From Octopus bimaculoides (taxonomy: Eukaryota), in assembly GCF_001194135.2 (NCBI RefSeq), contig NC_068999.1, positions 33,220,010-33,284,009 of the forward strand: a stretch of DNA of 64,000 bases, written 5' to 3'. The translations under genes were made by a program, and so were the position numbers. The first letter of the stretch is position 1, and every line of letters begins with the position of its first letter. Under the pieces are notes generated by a model. It was not told the origin of the DNA and made no database searches. It was given only the letters and a program-made list of their open reading frames with translations. Below are positions 1 to 11,935 of the stretch, in pieces.

Positions 1-869
1 GGTAAAGAATACTGAGATGAAAGTTTAATCTATGACGTTGTATGTATCCCTTTCTCTCTCTCTCCCTCTCCCTCTTTTACTTTTACTCTCTATATTTTTA
101 TGTTGAGCGCGTGTGTCAGAATGGCGTTCCAGGTAGCAGGGATGAAATATAAAAGTTGCTAGAAACAACAGCCAAATCTCCCTTAAATCACACAAAATAA
201 ACGAAATTTTAAAAATCTAATTACTGCACTGGAAAGTTCAGATCGAGAAAATTCCATTGATGTAAAACTTTTTACGAAAAAGTGGAAAATGTGGATTTCT
301 ATAAACATTCAAAAAGGCTTCACACAAACACACAATTTCAGATTTATATATTAAGATAAATGGAGGAATTAAACCGGTAATATTTAATTTTACGTAAAAC
401 ACTCCACAAACAGATAAAAAGAAAAAGACAATAAGTTGTATGCTAAAATATCTTTCTTGTATTCTAATGTACTTAAATATTCATTCCATTTATACGTAGA
501 ATTAAAGGCACCATACATTTAGAACCAGAATTAAAAGCATTGTCTTTTAACAGAAACAAAGGTTCTCCTATTGAACTAAATACATTTGCAGCTTAATATC
601 CCGTGTGATGAACTCTTTTTCTCAATGACTTTGTAGCACGGATTTCATAAGGCGCTGGTAATTAGAAATGGGGATTTGTCTCCAAGATTCTTAGATAACA
701 CGAAATAAACTGTGGAGATTTAAAGGTTTCCGAGCTTTCATGTTAATATTAATATAGTTCCAGATGTTTTGGATTAGAATGAGATCACGGTATCTATTAC
801 TGAATGGGCCACAGTATTTATTATTGAATGAACTGCTTGACTGCATGTGTTTGAGGTCGTTAACGTGAA

Positions 870-1233
870 TCAAGATCTATTTCGCCGGCAAATTATTATC
901 GAGGTACAGTATCGTATAAAGGAGGACAAAAAAAGGGGCACAAGGACTCCCCAATGAAATCCCTTAATTCTTACCACAGTGACCGTCAAGCTTGGCATCT
1001 CACGGTCCATCGAGCAACAGCTTTCTTTGAAGACACCCGCAGGAACATCCTTGCAAATATGAGAAAGAGAGAGGAGGAAACGCAGGGGCACTCCAACCAG
1101 GCCTGATCAGTCCATCTTCCTATGTAGCCTCTGCGTTTATACTTGTTTTTCTCGAATCGGACTCGTCAGGCATCAGTAAGTCTTCAGCAGACGTGCATGC
1201 CACACTCGGTAAATCTTCGGTCGCGAAGCCAAG
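870..1233 (+). mobile_element. 3' end of a degenerate RTE-clade LINE
   Basis: Manual translation across frameshifts gives KGGQKKGHKDS..DRQAWHLTVHRATAFFEDTRR and FLCSLCVYTCFSRIGLVRHQ, the typical RTE C-terminus with its terminal Zn finger; followed by a tandem-repeat tail. Confidence 0.8.
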
Positions 1234-1450
1234 ACATGACGAGTATAGTACAGTACAGTACAGTATAGTATAGAATAGTATAGTATAGAATAGTATAGTA
1301 CAGTATAGTATANNNNNNNNNNNNNNNNNNNNNNNNNNNNNNNNNNNNNNNNNNNNNNNNNNNNNNNNNNNNNNNNNNNNNNNNNNNNNNNNNNNNNNNN
1401 NNNNNNNNNNNNATAGTATTGTATAGTATAGTATAGTATAGTATAGTATT
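1234..1450. repeat. (TAGTA)n pentanucleotide microsatellite spanning an N gap (1313-1412)
   Basis: Direct reading. Confidence 0.95.
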
Positions 1451-3096
1451 GTTTACAATACAATTTTACTGGAAGCGGAAGTTATAATAAAGAAAGAGTG
1501 TGACAAGAGCTCGACGGTGTGTTGTTTTTTTTCTTTCTTTCTTTATTAAACATAATAGAAGAATCTGTATATATTCCTTTCAAGCTGAGGTACTCTACAT
1601 TTATTTGGCAGCGAGGATTGCAAAGAACAATAAGATTGAGAAAACTTCCCACTATATTTATTTTGTCGACGACGATCTAGCATAGACATGGAGAAAATGT
1701 AGCCTACGAGACATTTTGAATGGCACACCAACGAAAACTTACCTTGGATTTTTATTTTAATAGTGCGGCCTGCCTGATGATGTCTCATGTGACCCACATC
1801 TCGAAAAAGATTGTCCGTGCATGATCTAGTGACATGACAGTCACACCGCTTTCCTTTCCGCCCTACGCACAGTGATAAATAATTTAGCGACTGCAGTCGT
1901 GAAAATGGTTAAAACGTTTTGAAAATCTGTAATGTTCACTTGATGTGACTAGCAAAGGCAAGAGAAAAGCTTCATCATATTAAAGAGATATTTTACATCC
2001 TTGATAGTTTCTCAGACGAAGGCAAAGGTGTTGGTATTGTACTCAATGTGAATATTGTTGATGCTCCTGATGAGTACGTCAGTACGCCATAGAAAAAAAA
2101 TGCCACTTAAGAAGAAACATGCGAATTTCAAGATGTTAATAGAGAAATTTTGGCACAAATTTTGTAATGCTATTCTTTCACTAGGGTTAGACGTAGAGCT
2201 CTGAAAAATAAGCATTGTCCGAAGCAATTTCTTGCTGAAACAAAAAGTACTTGAATTGGCGAATGCAAGAACTGCGGTCATGGAGACTGCAGTTATCAAT
2301 TTTCTATACAATGGAGTTGGTTCCAGTTGTGACAGAGGAAACAAGAGAGAAAAGAGCGACAACTCTTCATAAATTTCTTGTTACATGGGGAGTAGCACGC
2401 CAACTCTAGAGGTGATTGCAGTGGTGTTACTAGTTGCAAGTCTTCACCACAGCATCGCCACAGCAAGGCTCCGGTTGGTTTTTTTGGAGGGTAGTGACTC
2501 AGTTATTTGTCGTTACCGCGGTGGGTCATAGCCCCATGTCTTTTGTCCACCCAAGAAGAAAGAACCTAAAAACTGCTACAAGGTAAATCATTTTACTCGT
2601 ATCTATCAGTCCACCACACCCAAGGTAAGGCAAATTTTTTTCTCACATCTCTGAGAATGAGATCCAATAAGGGATCAGCTTCGTAATAGACAATATACAT
2701 ACAAACACTTCAAAAACTTCTATGACTACAGCTTACATCAGCGACTCTCCAGCAACAGTCTTAGTTGGTGGCAATGTGAACATTTTAACAGAGGATTACT
2801 ATGACAATATACATAACAAACTCAAGTAGTGGAAAAATTCTGCTCAGACTAATGCTTATGGTTTTATATAAACTTGTTCCAATTCATGGATATTTTAAAA
2901 CAAATATTGAGTACAAGCATAAACATACACAGTGGGCTTCTATGTAAACGTTGAAAACCTTCTGAGAGATGAGTGTTCAAGCATCGAACATTGTTGATTT
3001 TGCCTTTTCATCCTCTATGTTCTATATGTTAAAAGTAAAGCTGCATATTGATTTATCTGTTTCTCCTGTAACAGTGATATCGGTGTATACTGTTCC

Positions 3097-4010
3097 ATGT
3101 ACGCAGAAATTGTCATTGAAAAAAGTTGCACGATGATGGTTCCCAAGAAAACAAGTGAAATAAGAATTTGTCTCAACATGCGAAAAGCGAATGAATCCAT
3201 CCATAGGAAGAAATATCTCATGCCGACCTTCGATGGCTTCGTTGCCGGCCTCAACTCCTGTACAGTTTTCAACAAGTTAGATCTATAAAATGCGTGCCAT
3301 CAGCTCGAGCTGGAAGAAGCAGGTCGATACATAAGCACATTTACACACACAAGGGGTTGTATCGGTACAAAAATTGCTCTTTTGTGACAACTTAGCATCC
3401 GAGATCTTTCAGAAAGCATTCAAAGCAGTCAGATTTTATTGATAAGAATGTTTCCGATGACATCATAATCCACGAGAGGAGTCAAGCTACATATGATGCA
3501 AACTTAAAACAACATTGAAACGTCTCCAAGATTCTGAAACCAAGTCGAAGAAAAACATTTTTAAATGCCTGTTACATGTCAAAGAGCTTATCTTGTTTTG
3601 TCATGTTTTCAGTGAGATTGGGATCTCACCGATCCTCAAAAGACTCAAACCATCTTTAGCAGTATCCTACCAAAATCTGTTTGAGAATTGCGTTTGTTTG
3701 GGCGTTGTAGCTCAGTGTTTTTCCAGATTGAAACTCCACTATGCAAGTACCAGCGAGCACCTTCGACTTTTTACAAGGCATCTCTCCCTGGAAATGGATC
3801 GAGATCGAATAGCTGGCTGTCGATAAATTTCAAGAAATACTGACAGAGTTAGTACGGTGCTTGCTCAAGAAGGCAGGGTTTCCAGCTGCACAAGCCGTGC
3901 ACTCAAGTTGATGGAACAGCACTAATCCCAAACCGAAAGAGAAATACTAGCTGTAGTATATGCTGTTGAACATTTTCAGCTTTATCTGTTTAGGTCAAAG
4001 TTTCACCACC
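3097..4010 (+). pseudogene. Gypsy pol RT/RNase H pseudogene
   Basis: ORFs 3097-3288 and 3515-3826 plus off-frame segments match Gypsy RT and RNase H motifs. Confidence 0.85.
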
Positions 4011-4840
4011 CGACAGAAAAATTTCTCTTAGGTCTCGTCAAAATCCCAAAACCAATCACGACTCGCATAGGTGAAACTGGGGACTTCACCTCATGCTGTA
4101 TGAGTACACCAATAGTATCATCTTAGAAAAGATGATAAAATCCGACAGGCTTTCTTAGTCGACACAGTCACCTTCATACTGAAGCATACATTCACTATGT
4201 ACTGAAGAACGCAGTTCTCGAATCATTGACTGCAAACAGTTAGAGCGGCTACACAACAGAACTTTCATTTACAAAAGCTCATATTTGCGATTGATTCTTG
4301 CAAGTGGCAAAACCAAATCTCTCCAATTTTGCTACATTCAAGGATCAGCTATCCATTTCAGGTGGCGTCGTTCTTCGTGTTGTTTTGGTGATTCCAGTGT
4401 CGCTGTAAAAGTGAATCATCGACATCGTACACCGTGTATATCAAGGAATTGTACAGCCAAAGTAGCTTATAGGGAAAAGATTTGGATTCTGGCTATTCAT
4501 AAGATGGTGGAAGAGACTGTCAAGCTCTCAGGAGTAGATGATCCAACAAACATGTTGACTAATGAACCACTGACAGTAACGTCTCTTGAACAAATCCAAA
4601 TGGAGCTACTATCAATTGCACTACTCACGTCACCACTTCGATCAAAATGTTCACTTTATCCTGAACCGACTGTACCCATTCCTAGAACCACAACACTGCA
4701 GTCAAGATCACCTCAGCCAGTCAGGCGCAATACAAGAACGCTACAAAAATTCAATGATTAAGTGTTTAAAAAAAAAAAGAAAACAAAACAATAAAACCCC
4801 GTCTAACTTTTCAGTTTAATATTAATATTCAAGCAATACT

Positions 4841-4990
4841 TACGTTCTGAGTTCAAATTCCACTGAGGTCGACTTTGCTTTTCATCCTTCTGGGATCCAT
4901 AATATAAGTACCAGCTGAGTACTGGGGTCGATGTAATCTACTTATCCCTCCCCGAATTTGCTGGCCTTGTGCCAAATTTTTGAAACCAAT
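4841..4990 (+). mobile_element. tRNA-derived SINE family A, 5'-truncated
   Basis: B-box GAGTTCAAATTCC and family body GTCGACTTTGC..GGCCTTGTGCCAAA; flanked by similar TTCAAGCAATACT/TTCAAGCAGTACT. Confidence 0.85.
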
Positions 4991-7026
4991 TTTCAAGCAG
5001 TACTCATAAAATTATCCTTTCCATTTAATCTGATTCTAAAAACCTAAAAGCAAAGATCGATAAAATCACATATTCCTCTGAAAAAGAAAAAAAAAATTTA
5101 ATTTTAATTTTAATTTAGGCAGCAAGAAGTAAAATAAAAGTAATTTTTATGTTAGAAGGGCAGTAGTGTAGTGTATTGGTTACAAGTGTGCCGGAAACGG
5201 AAGTGATAAAAAAAAGGTTGGAAAAAAAAAAAGAAGCGAAAACAATGACAGCCAGACAGAATTAAAAATAATTTTATCGTGTCCAGTCTAGTTATTTATT
5301 TGTTTGTTAAACATTGTCTGTTTCTCATGAGCTGAGGCAATCTACACGGAATAATGCAAAATAGACCTGTCTCAAGATGTCTCTGTATACTTCTTAATCA
5401 GTGGTATCAGTGAAAATGGCTCGACTAATATATACGCCGGCTTCGTAGGTGATAAACTTGCTCCATTTCTTAACTAGAGCGTCACAACTAGTATAAAAAT
5501 ACCATGGACTCATCAGGGGTTGCGAATTTGACTAAGTTTTGCACTTTTTTAATTTTGGAATCTAAAGTTACGAAGATATGAAATTTAATCCACAGAAGAC
5601 TTTTGTGAAATAATCTAAATAAGATTATTGGGAAATAGGTCTTTATCAGCGGTTATAAACTCTTATTAATTTCTTTATATTACAATATGTAGTATTATCA
5701 ATTTTATTTAAAACTTCTTTAGAGTGAAGTTTTAGTCGTTAATTTTGTGTTGGTAGTTCACAATGTTAGGTAGGCTGCGTGTGAAAACCAGAACCACCAG
5801 TCTAACATTTTTTGAGTTTTCGTATATTTTGTAAATTCGCATCATTTAGGGTTACTTGTGTATAAATAAATAGATAAATAAATAAATAGAACAACATTCA
5901 TGAAGCAAAGAGCATAATTATTACGAATTTTCTGTAATCCAACATATTAGATAATAAGGTGATAGTAGTTCATCGTAAATGAAGACGAAATAAGAAAATG
6001 AAATTAAAGCTAATGCATATAAGTAATATGTGTGATTCGACACAACAATTCAAGGTTGGTACTGTTTATCGAGCACGCCATACACATGTTAAGTAAGAAT
6101 AAGTAAAAGAGGGCGAGCGACTTCCTCACTGAGCAAAGTGACAGTTCTGAGTGGAGGACTGAGTGGCTGTAGTCTGAGGTTGGATTCGCTAACTTTTTAT
6201 TACCATAAGCTAAATTTTCCAGAACCTTCGATCAAGCTAAGTAGGTGGAAAAACTCGCATGCTCCCTTTGCAGTTCGCCACATCAAACAAAACAAGTCGA
6301 CCGGTGCTAATTGTTCGGGCCATATTCACGCAGGCGTAAATGTCTTTTATGGTGACATGGTAGGTCGTGATCCTGAGCTGCGAAAATGTGAGAGAAATGG
6401 TTCGAAACTTATCAGGGTCCTTTCGCAGTGAGTTTCATACAACACAAACAAACCTAAAGCACATTTACATGTAGTGAAAGAGAAATTAGCTGTTAGAACA
6501 AAAGCAAATAAATTATATTACAGAAACCATAAGAGCAAAAAGTTCACAATATATACAAAGTTCTTTTGAACTTTGTATATTGTATATAGCCCAATATATA
6601 CATAAATTTCTATAGCACAGAATTATAGTATTTTATACGTGTTCATACTTGGCAGGTCGATGTACCCTTCTGCCAATTTTAGTTGTAATGTCTTTTTTCG
6701 GAACAATAGGTTTGTGTATAGAAGTGTCTGTGTATGTATAAGTGAATTTAATGTGTGTGATGATGTGTTTGTGTTGGCTGTATTTGCATCAATGTAAGCT
6801 TGTTTAACTCCATTGATGCTAACTTTCTCTTTTTTGTATCATGGGCATCGATAACAAAATACTCCGGATATGTTTGTACAAAACGATAAGGTCCGGTGTA
6901 TCATATGTGAGAGATTTACACCGCATCGATACGAACAAAAACACGAGACCACGTGGCAATTTCAATGGGAACATAAAGTTTTTACTGTCAGCTATCTGGG
7001 CAGTAATTCTTTAAACTTGGACTTTT

Positions 7027-7151
7027 ATATTGGTTTCAAATTTTGGCACAAGACCAGCAATTTCAGGGGAGGAGGTAAGTCGATTACATCGAACCTAGTG
7101 CTCAACTGGTACCTATTCTATCGACTCCGAAAGGATGAAAAGCAAGCTTGA
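7027..7151 (-). mobile_element. SINE family A fragment
   Basis: TTGGCACAAG..GTCGATTACATCGA..GAAAGGATGAAA matches the other copies. Confidence 0.85.
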
Positions 7152-7907
7152 CGGGGGAGGCGCGTTTGAGGCATACATATGATATGTCCTGACCAGCAGT
7201 GGCATGCGGTACTGAACATCAGACATACAGTCGCACATGCCCTTCCGTGATCGATGGAATTCTATCAATCAAAGACAGGTATATATGACTATAATTTCCA
7301 TAGATTAACCAAGAATTCTTTCAATTCCCTCTTTGAGGACATACTGAAAACCCCTTCACCTTTTGATATCACTTTTCTCGTTGCCCTTTTTTTCGATAGG
7401 ATCGTCATGTACAGAGGCAGGTTTCTTGAGATACGTGCCCTACATTCTTTTCTGATAGTGATCCATCTTCCATATTATTAATTCGCAGACAACATTCAAA
7501 CAAAGATTGGCTGCTGTTGTTATCGTCATCATTGTCAGCTGCCGTTTGTGAAATTGTCATTTGTTTCCTCTATTTAATGCAAAAATGTCTTCGTTTAAAT
7601 GTCACCATTTGTTTCTTTCTCTTTGTTAAATTTTTGCTTTTTAAAATTCATTACAAATTGCTTTAAAATCTGTTGAAAATTCTTAGGGGTATGTCCATCA
7701 GACGAAGACGAATGAAACAGCTGGCTATACAAATCGACAAACATTTAGAAAATAAAACAAAATGTCCAGCCTCAAACTTTGTATTTTTACTCCAAGGTAA
7801 AAAGAGAGGACACTCAAACGTTCTAAAATTTAATAATACGAGAGCTGATTCTTTTTAAGTACAGACACGGTTATATTGCTCTTCTACAGAGCTATGTCTA
7901 AAAACGT

Positions 7908-8241
7908 CTACTCATAGTAGTAGTAGTAGTAGTAGTAGTAGTAATGATAATAGTGATAATGATGTTGGTGATGATGTTGGTGATGATGATAGTGGTAGTG
8001 GTGATGATGATCACACACACACATACACACACAGATATGAGAAACGGCCACTGTCCCGTTTTGCCCCTTATGTGTGTATGTTATTTGTGTGTGTTTGTGT
8101 GTATGCGTGTGCGATTGTGTGTTTGTGTATGTAAGCACATGCATATGCATGTGTGTATGTGGGCGTGTTTGTATGGGTGTATGTGCATGCAAATGCGAGT
8201 GTGTGCATGTGATTTTGTATGTGTGTATGCATTTGTGTGTG

Positions 8242-8278
<37 letters not shown>

Positions 8279-8285
8279 ATGTGCA
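7908..8285. repeat. Compound microsatellite (TAG)n/(GAT)n/(CA)n/(GT)-rich
   Basis: Direct reading; explains the overlapping low-complexity ORFs. Confidence 0.95.
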
Positions 8286-8289
8286 GGGG

Positions 8290-10560
8290 TTTGAGCGCCG
8301 GTGTCTGTGTTTATTACTTTCAGATGGTGAGAAATTACATTCGTAAAACTGGAAGAGGCTCTTGGACTCCAGATAAACTACCGGCAGTCATGCAATCTGT
8401 CCGACAAGGAAGTTCTCTTCGCAGCAAAGCAGTATGAAGTCCATGAAGAGACATCTGGAAGGCAAAGTGTTTTCTCCTGGCCAGCTTTCTTTAGGGCATT
8501 TTCAACCAACAGTAAAGAATTTTGAGGAGGAACTGCTAGAGCACTGCGTCTACCAGCAACGGACTTTTTATGGTCTCACTTCAAGAGGTTTGCATTCCTT
8601 GGCTTTTGTGGTTGCTGAGGCCAACAAGGTCCCCCATAAATTCAATAAAGAAAAAAGAGAAGCTGGAGCAGACTGGCTGGTTTGTTTTTTAAAGCGTCAC
8701 CCAATACTAAGCCTGCGCACTGCTCAGTCAACGAGCGTTGGTCGTGCTGCAGCATTCAACAAGGTCTAGCTTGATAGATTTTTTTGATGTTCTAAAAGAA
8801 GTTTACCAGCAGCACCATTTCGCAGCTGATCGAATTTTCAACATGGATGAAACAGGTCTGTCCTCAGTGCAGAGAGTTCCAAAAGTCATCTCACTGAAGG
8901 GAACGAAGCAGGTTGGACAAATTGTTAGTGCTGAGAAAGGACGTACTGTGACAGCTGTGCGTGCAATGAGCGTCACCAGGCATCCCATACCGCCTGCATT
9001 TATCTTCAAGAGGAAGCGCATAACCGACCCATTGCTTCATGGAGCGCCAGAAGGTTCAGTTGCTTATGGAAGCGAAAATGGATGGATTGATCGGGAAATA
9101 TTTTCAACATACAAATCCATTTGTTGAGAGAAAAGTGCTCCTCCTTTTGGACAATCACATCAGCCACATTAACTTGGATGCAACTGAGCTTGTTCGCAAG
9201 CATGGCGTAGTCATGGTATCAATTCCACTTCATACCAGCCACAAGCTTCAGCCCTTAGACAGGACCTTTTTTGCGCCCCTCAAAACCTTTTATCACCAGA
9301 AAGTTGACAAGTGGATCATCAATCACCCAGGTCAGCGGGTAGATGACTTCAAAGTTACTGCCTTTTTTTGGGCAGGCCTTCGTACGAGCTGCAATAATTC
9401 AGAATGCCTGCCGTGGATTTCGTTGTACTGGGATCTGGCCATACAATTTGGATGTGTTTGGTGATGTCGATTTCTTTTCGGCAGGAGCCACTGAAATTGC
9501 TGATTCTAAGGAAAGTCCAACACCATCACAGGAACAGCCACAAGTAGATCCTGCACCATCCCAGTCTTATGATCCATCTGTGAAAGGTGTAACTGGATGC
9601 AAAAGTCAAGAAGGCACAGAGGTAGGCCTACACAATTCACCACAACAAAGGATTTCTGTTGTTTCCTTGTCATCTGTTCCACGAACTCAGGCTACAGCAA
9701 GGAAAAGAAGAGCTCAAACTTCAGAGTGCCTCAACAGTTCACCCTTTAAATGCTCTCTTTCAGCTAAAGCCATGAAAAAACCAGCAACTAAACCAACATC
9801 AAGGAGAAATGCTTGCAAACCCAAGACCCCTGGAAGTGTGCTGAAGACACCAGCTTGCACATCAAAAACAACAGACAAAAAGTTCCTTTGCATTTTCTGT
9901 GACGAACTTTATCAAGAACCCCCGACAGAAAATTGGATTGAAAGCCAGCTGTGCAGGGAATGGAGACATGAAAAGTGTNNNNNNNNNNTGAAAGCCAGCT
10001 GTGCAGGGAATGGAGACATGAAAAGTGTGCCGGAGTTGAAACTGATGACGTTACGTTCATTTGTGAACTTTGTGTTCTCTAATCAGCTACCTTGCTGACC
10101 AGTCACATTGAGCACTATTTCTGAGTCTTTAGAAAAAAAAACCCATGAACCTTCAGGTGTGGGATGGGTCTGCAAACTGAGATCAGGAAACAGTATTTCT
10201 CATGATGATTGTTTACTTTCATTTATGTCATTTTCAGTTGTTTTATAAATATAAGATGTATTCCAGTATAATACACACGAGTATGTATTTGAATATGGTA
10301 AAATGTAATAAGCATTCTTATGGAGCAAAAGGGTCCAGGTTGGACCCTTTTGCCCCAGTGCTGGGGCAAAACGGACCATGTCCGATAAAAATTTCTTTTG
10401 CACATATCTATGCAAGATTTTTTCCCAATTAACCATACTACACAGAAAGATGTGAATGGCTATTCTCTATGCACATAGCAATTTACATTAAGATGTGTGC
10501 ATTTTTGACGGAAATATCGAACTTTTCCCATAGGGGGTCCGTTTTGCCCTGTCTTCCCCC
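8290..10560 (+). mobile_element. pogo-superfamily DNA transposon (DD35D); left TIR missing, right TIR 10533-10560
   Basis: Transposase domains as in the next feature; right end GGGGGTCCGTTTTGCCCTGTCTTCCCCC with a subterminal copy GGGGCAAAACGGACC near 10363. Confidence 0.9.
8324..10082 (+). pseudogene. pogo-like transposase: psq-HTH, CENP-B HTH, DDE_1, C-terminal PHD finger; frameshifted
   Basis: [14 protein letters not shown]..; GADWLVCFLKRHP; IFNMDETGL; LLDNH..35 aa..QPLD; CIFC..HEKC..CELC-stop once the gap duplication is collapsed. Confidence 0.9.
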
Positions 10561-10694
10561 AAAGATTTTCGTTGTTCATCTTCTAGATGAAGAGATGTCG
10601 CTTCTTTATAATAGGCAGGACTAATGTGATTATTGACGATGCTACCACCGGTATTTAAATCTTTACCGTGAGGATTGGTAAGTATTTTTACTGT

Positions 10695-11935
10695 GAGAAT
10701 GTGACCAAATGAGGTTTATTTTTCAACATAGTCCCTTTTGCGGTCCACTCACTTCTTCCATGGGTGTTGCAGTGCTTGAATCCCACTGTTGAAGAGGCTT
10801 TCATTCTGTTGGTCAAAAAAGTCATCAATAGTAGATATGACGTCATTACCACTGAGATACTGGCTCCTAGCCAAGTGTTTTTTCATGTTGGAGAACAGAT
10901 GATAGTTAGATGGGGCCGAATCAGAAGAATAGGGAAGATGGTCAACAAGTACAAAGCCACAGTCACATACAGGAACTATTGAAACTAATGACCTGCGTGC
11001 TGCAGCATTGTCCTGATGAAACAACACCCTTTTCGTCAGTTTTCATTGACATTTAGTCTTGACTGATTTCGTAGCTGTTTCAGCAAGTTGGCATGGCACT
11101 CTCCATTGATGGCGTGGCTCTTTTCAAGATAAGCCAATAAACACAATCACCTTATGCATCCAAAATTCTACGGCCATCACCTTCCCTTCAGATGAAACGA
11201 CCTTAGCCTTCTTTGGGGCAAGTGAGGAGGGGTGTTTTCACTGCGTATATTGTCTCTTTGTCTCTGGCTCAAAGTAATAAAGCCATCATTCATCCTAGGT
11301 TGGTAATCATCCAAGGAAACCAGCTGGATCTGCCTCAAATAATGTCAGATTTTCCCGTGATGTGATCATTCTGGTGCACCTTTGATCAGGTGCCTGATAT
11401 GGCACTCACCAAGTAGAAACCTTCACCGTGCCAAGTTTATTGTGCAGAATATTCTCAACTCTCTCATGGGATATGCTAATAGCATGGGTTATTGGATTTA
11501 TAGTCATTCGCTTGCCATCCATCACCATGTGGTGAACACGGTCGATATTTTCTTCAGTGGTGGCAGTTGCAGAACAAACAGACTTCGGGTCATCCTCAAG
11601 ACTCTTCCTTCCCTTCCTAAATTCAGCTACCCACGTTTACACTGTTGATAAAGCTGGAGCATCATCCCCTAATGTAGCAACCATGTCAGCATGAATGTCT
11701 TTGAGAGCTAACCCTTTTTCTGAAGGTACTTGACAACACTATGGTGCTAAAATTTCTAGAGAAGTTGTTACTAATTACTCCTGGAGTCTTCTTTTGAACA
11801 GTCAGATGTAAGTTTATCTGGAAAGAAACAATGCAGTTATTAATAAGATGAGTTGAAATTAATGCATACAAGATTTTACAGCTCTAGCATCAATCCTTCT
11901 TAGTCAACCTATGAACATTTCAGTCCACCCTCGTA
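10695..11935 (-). mobile_element. mariner (DD34D) transposon relic, 3' TIR decayed
   Basis: 5' TIR TA-CGAGGGTGGACTGAAA at 11935 on -; WVAEFRKGRKSLEDD; HQDNA..34 aa..PYSSDSAPSN; multiple stops. Confidence 0.9.

Larger units (their letters stand above)
1440..5346 (+). mobile_element. Old Ty3/Gypsy LTR retrotransposon relic (gag, RT, RNase H; integrase largely lost)
   Basis: 5' LTR ~1440-1599 ending CTACA; PBS-like TGGCAGCGAGGAT 1606-1618; gag EFQDVNREILAQIL..RVRRRAL (~2125-2215); decayed Zn knuckle ~2505-2610; RT VPKKTSEIRICLNMR..FNKLDL and NVSDDIII; RNase H SQTEREILAVVYAVEHFQLYL; purine tract then 3' LTR 5167-5346 (TGTAG..CTACA). Many stops and frameshifts. Confidence 0.85.

Noticed and set aside
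2066-2100. CTGATGAG-TAC..GTAC hairpin; also CTGAAGA-TT-GAAA near 43482
   Set aside because: The first lacks an adjacent GAAA and lies in gag; the second has no stem II.
6870-6960. FVQNDKVRCIICE..RYEQKH resembling a hAT (SPIN-like) transposase N-terminus
   Set aside because: Too short and no further transposase motifs; cannot be supported.
7400-7560. 51-aa minus-strand ORF MTISQTAADNDDD..
   Set aside because: Short, with no recognisable motif or splice support.
9940-10030. 39-bp direct duplication within the PHD finger
   Set aside because: It flanks a 10-N gap exactly, so it is most likely an unmerged contig overlap; collapsing it restores the frame.
10565-10600. CTAGAAGA..GAAA on - as a possible PLE hammerhead
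   Set aside because: The core is altered and no convincing stems form.
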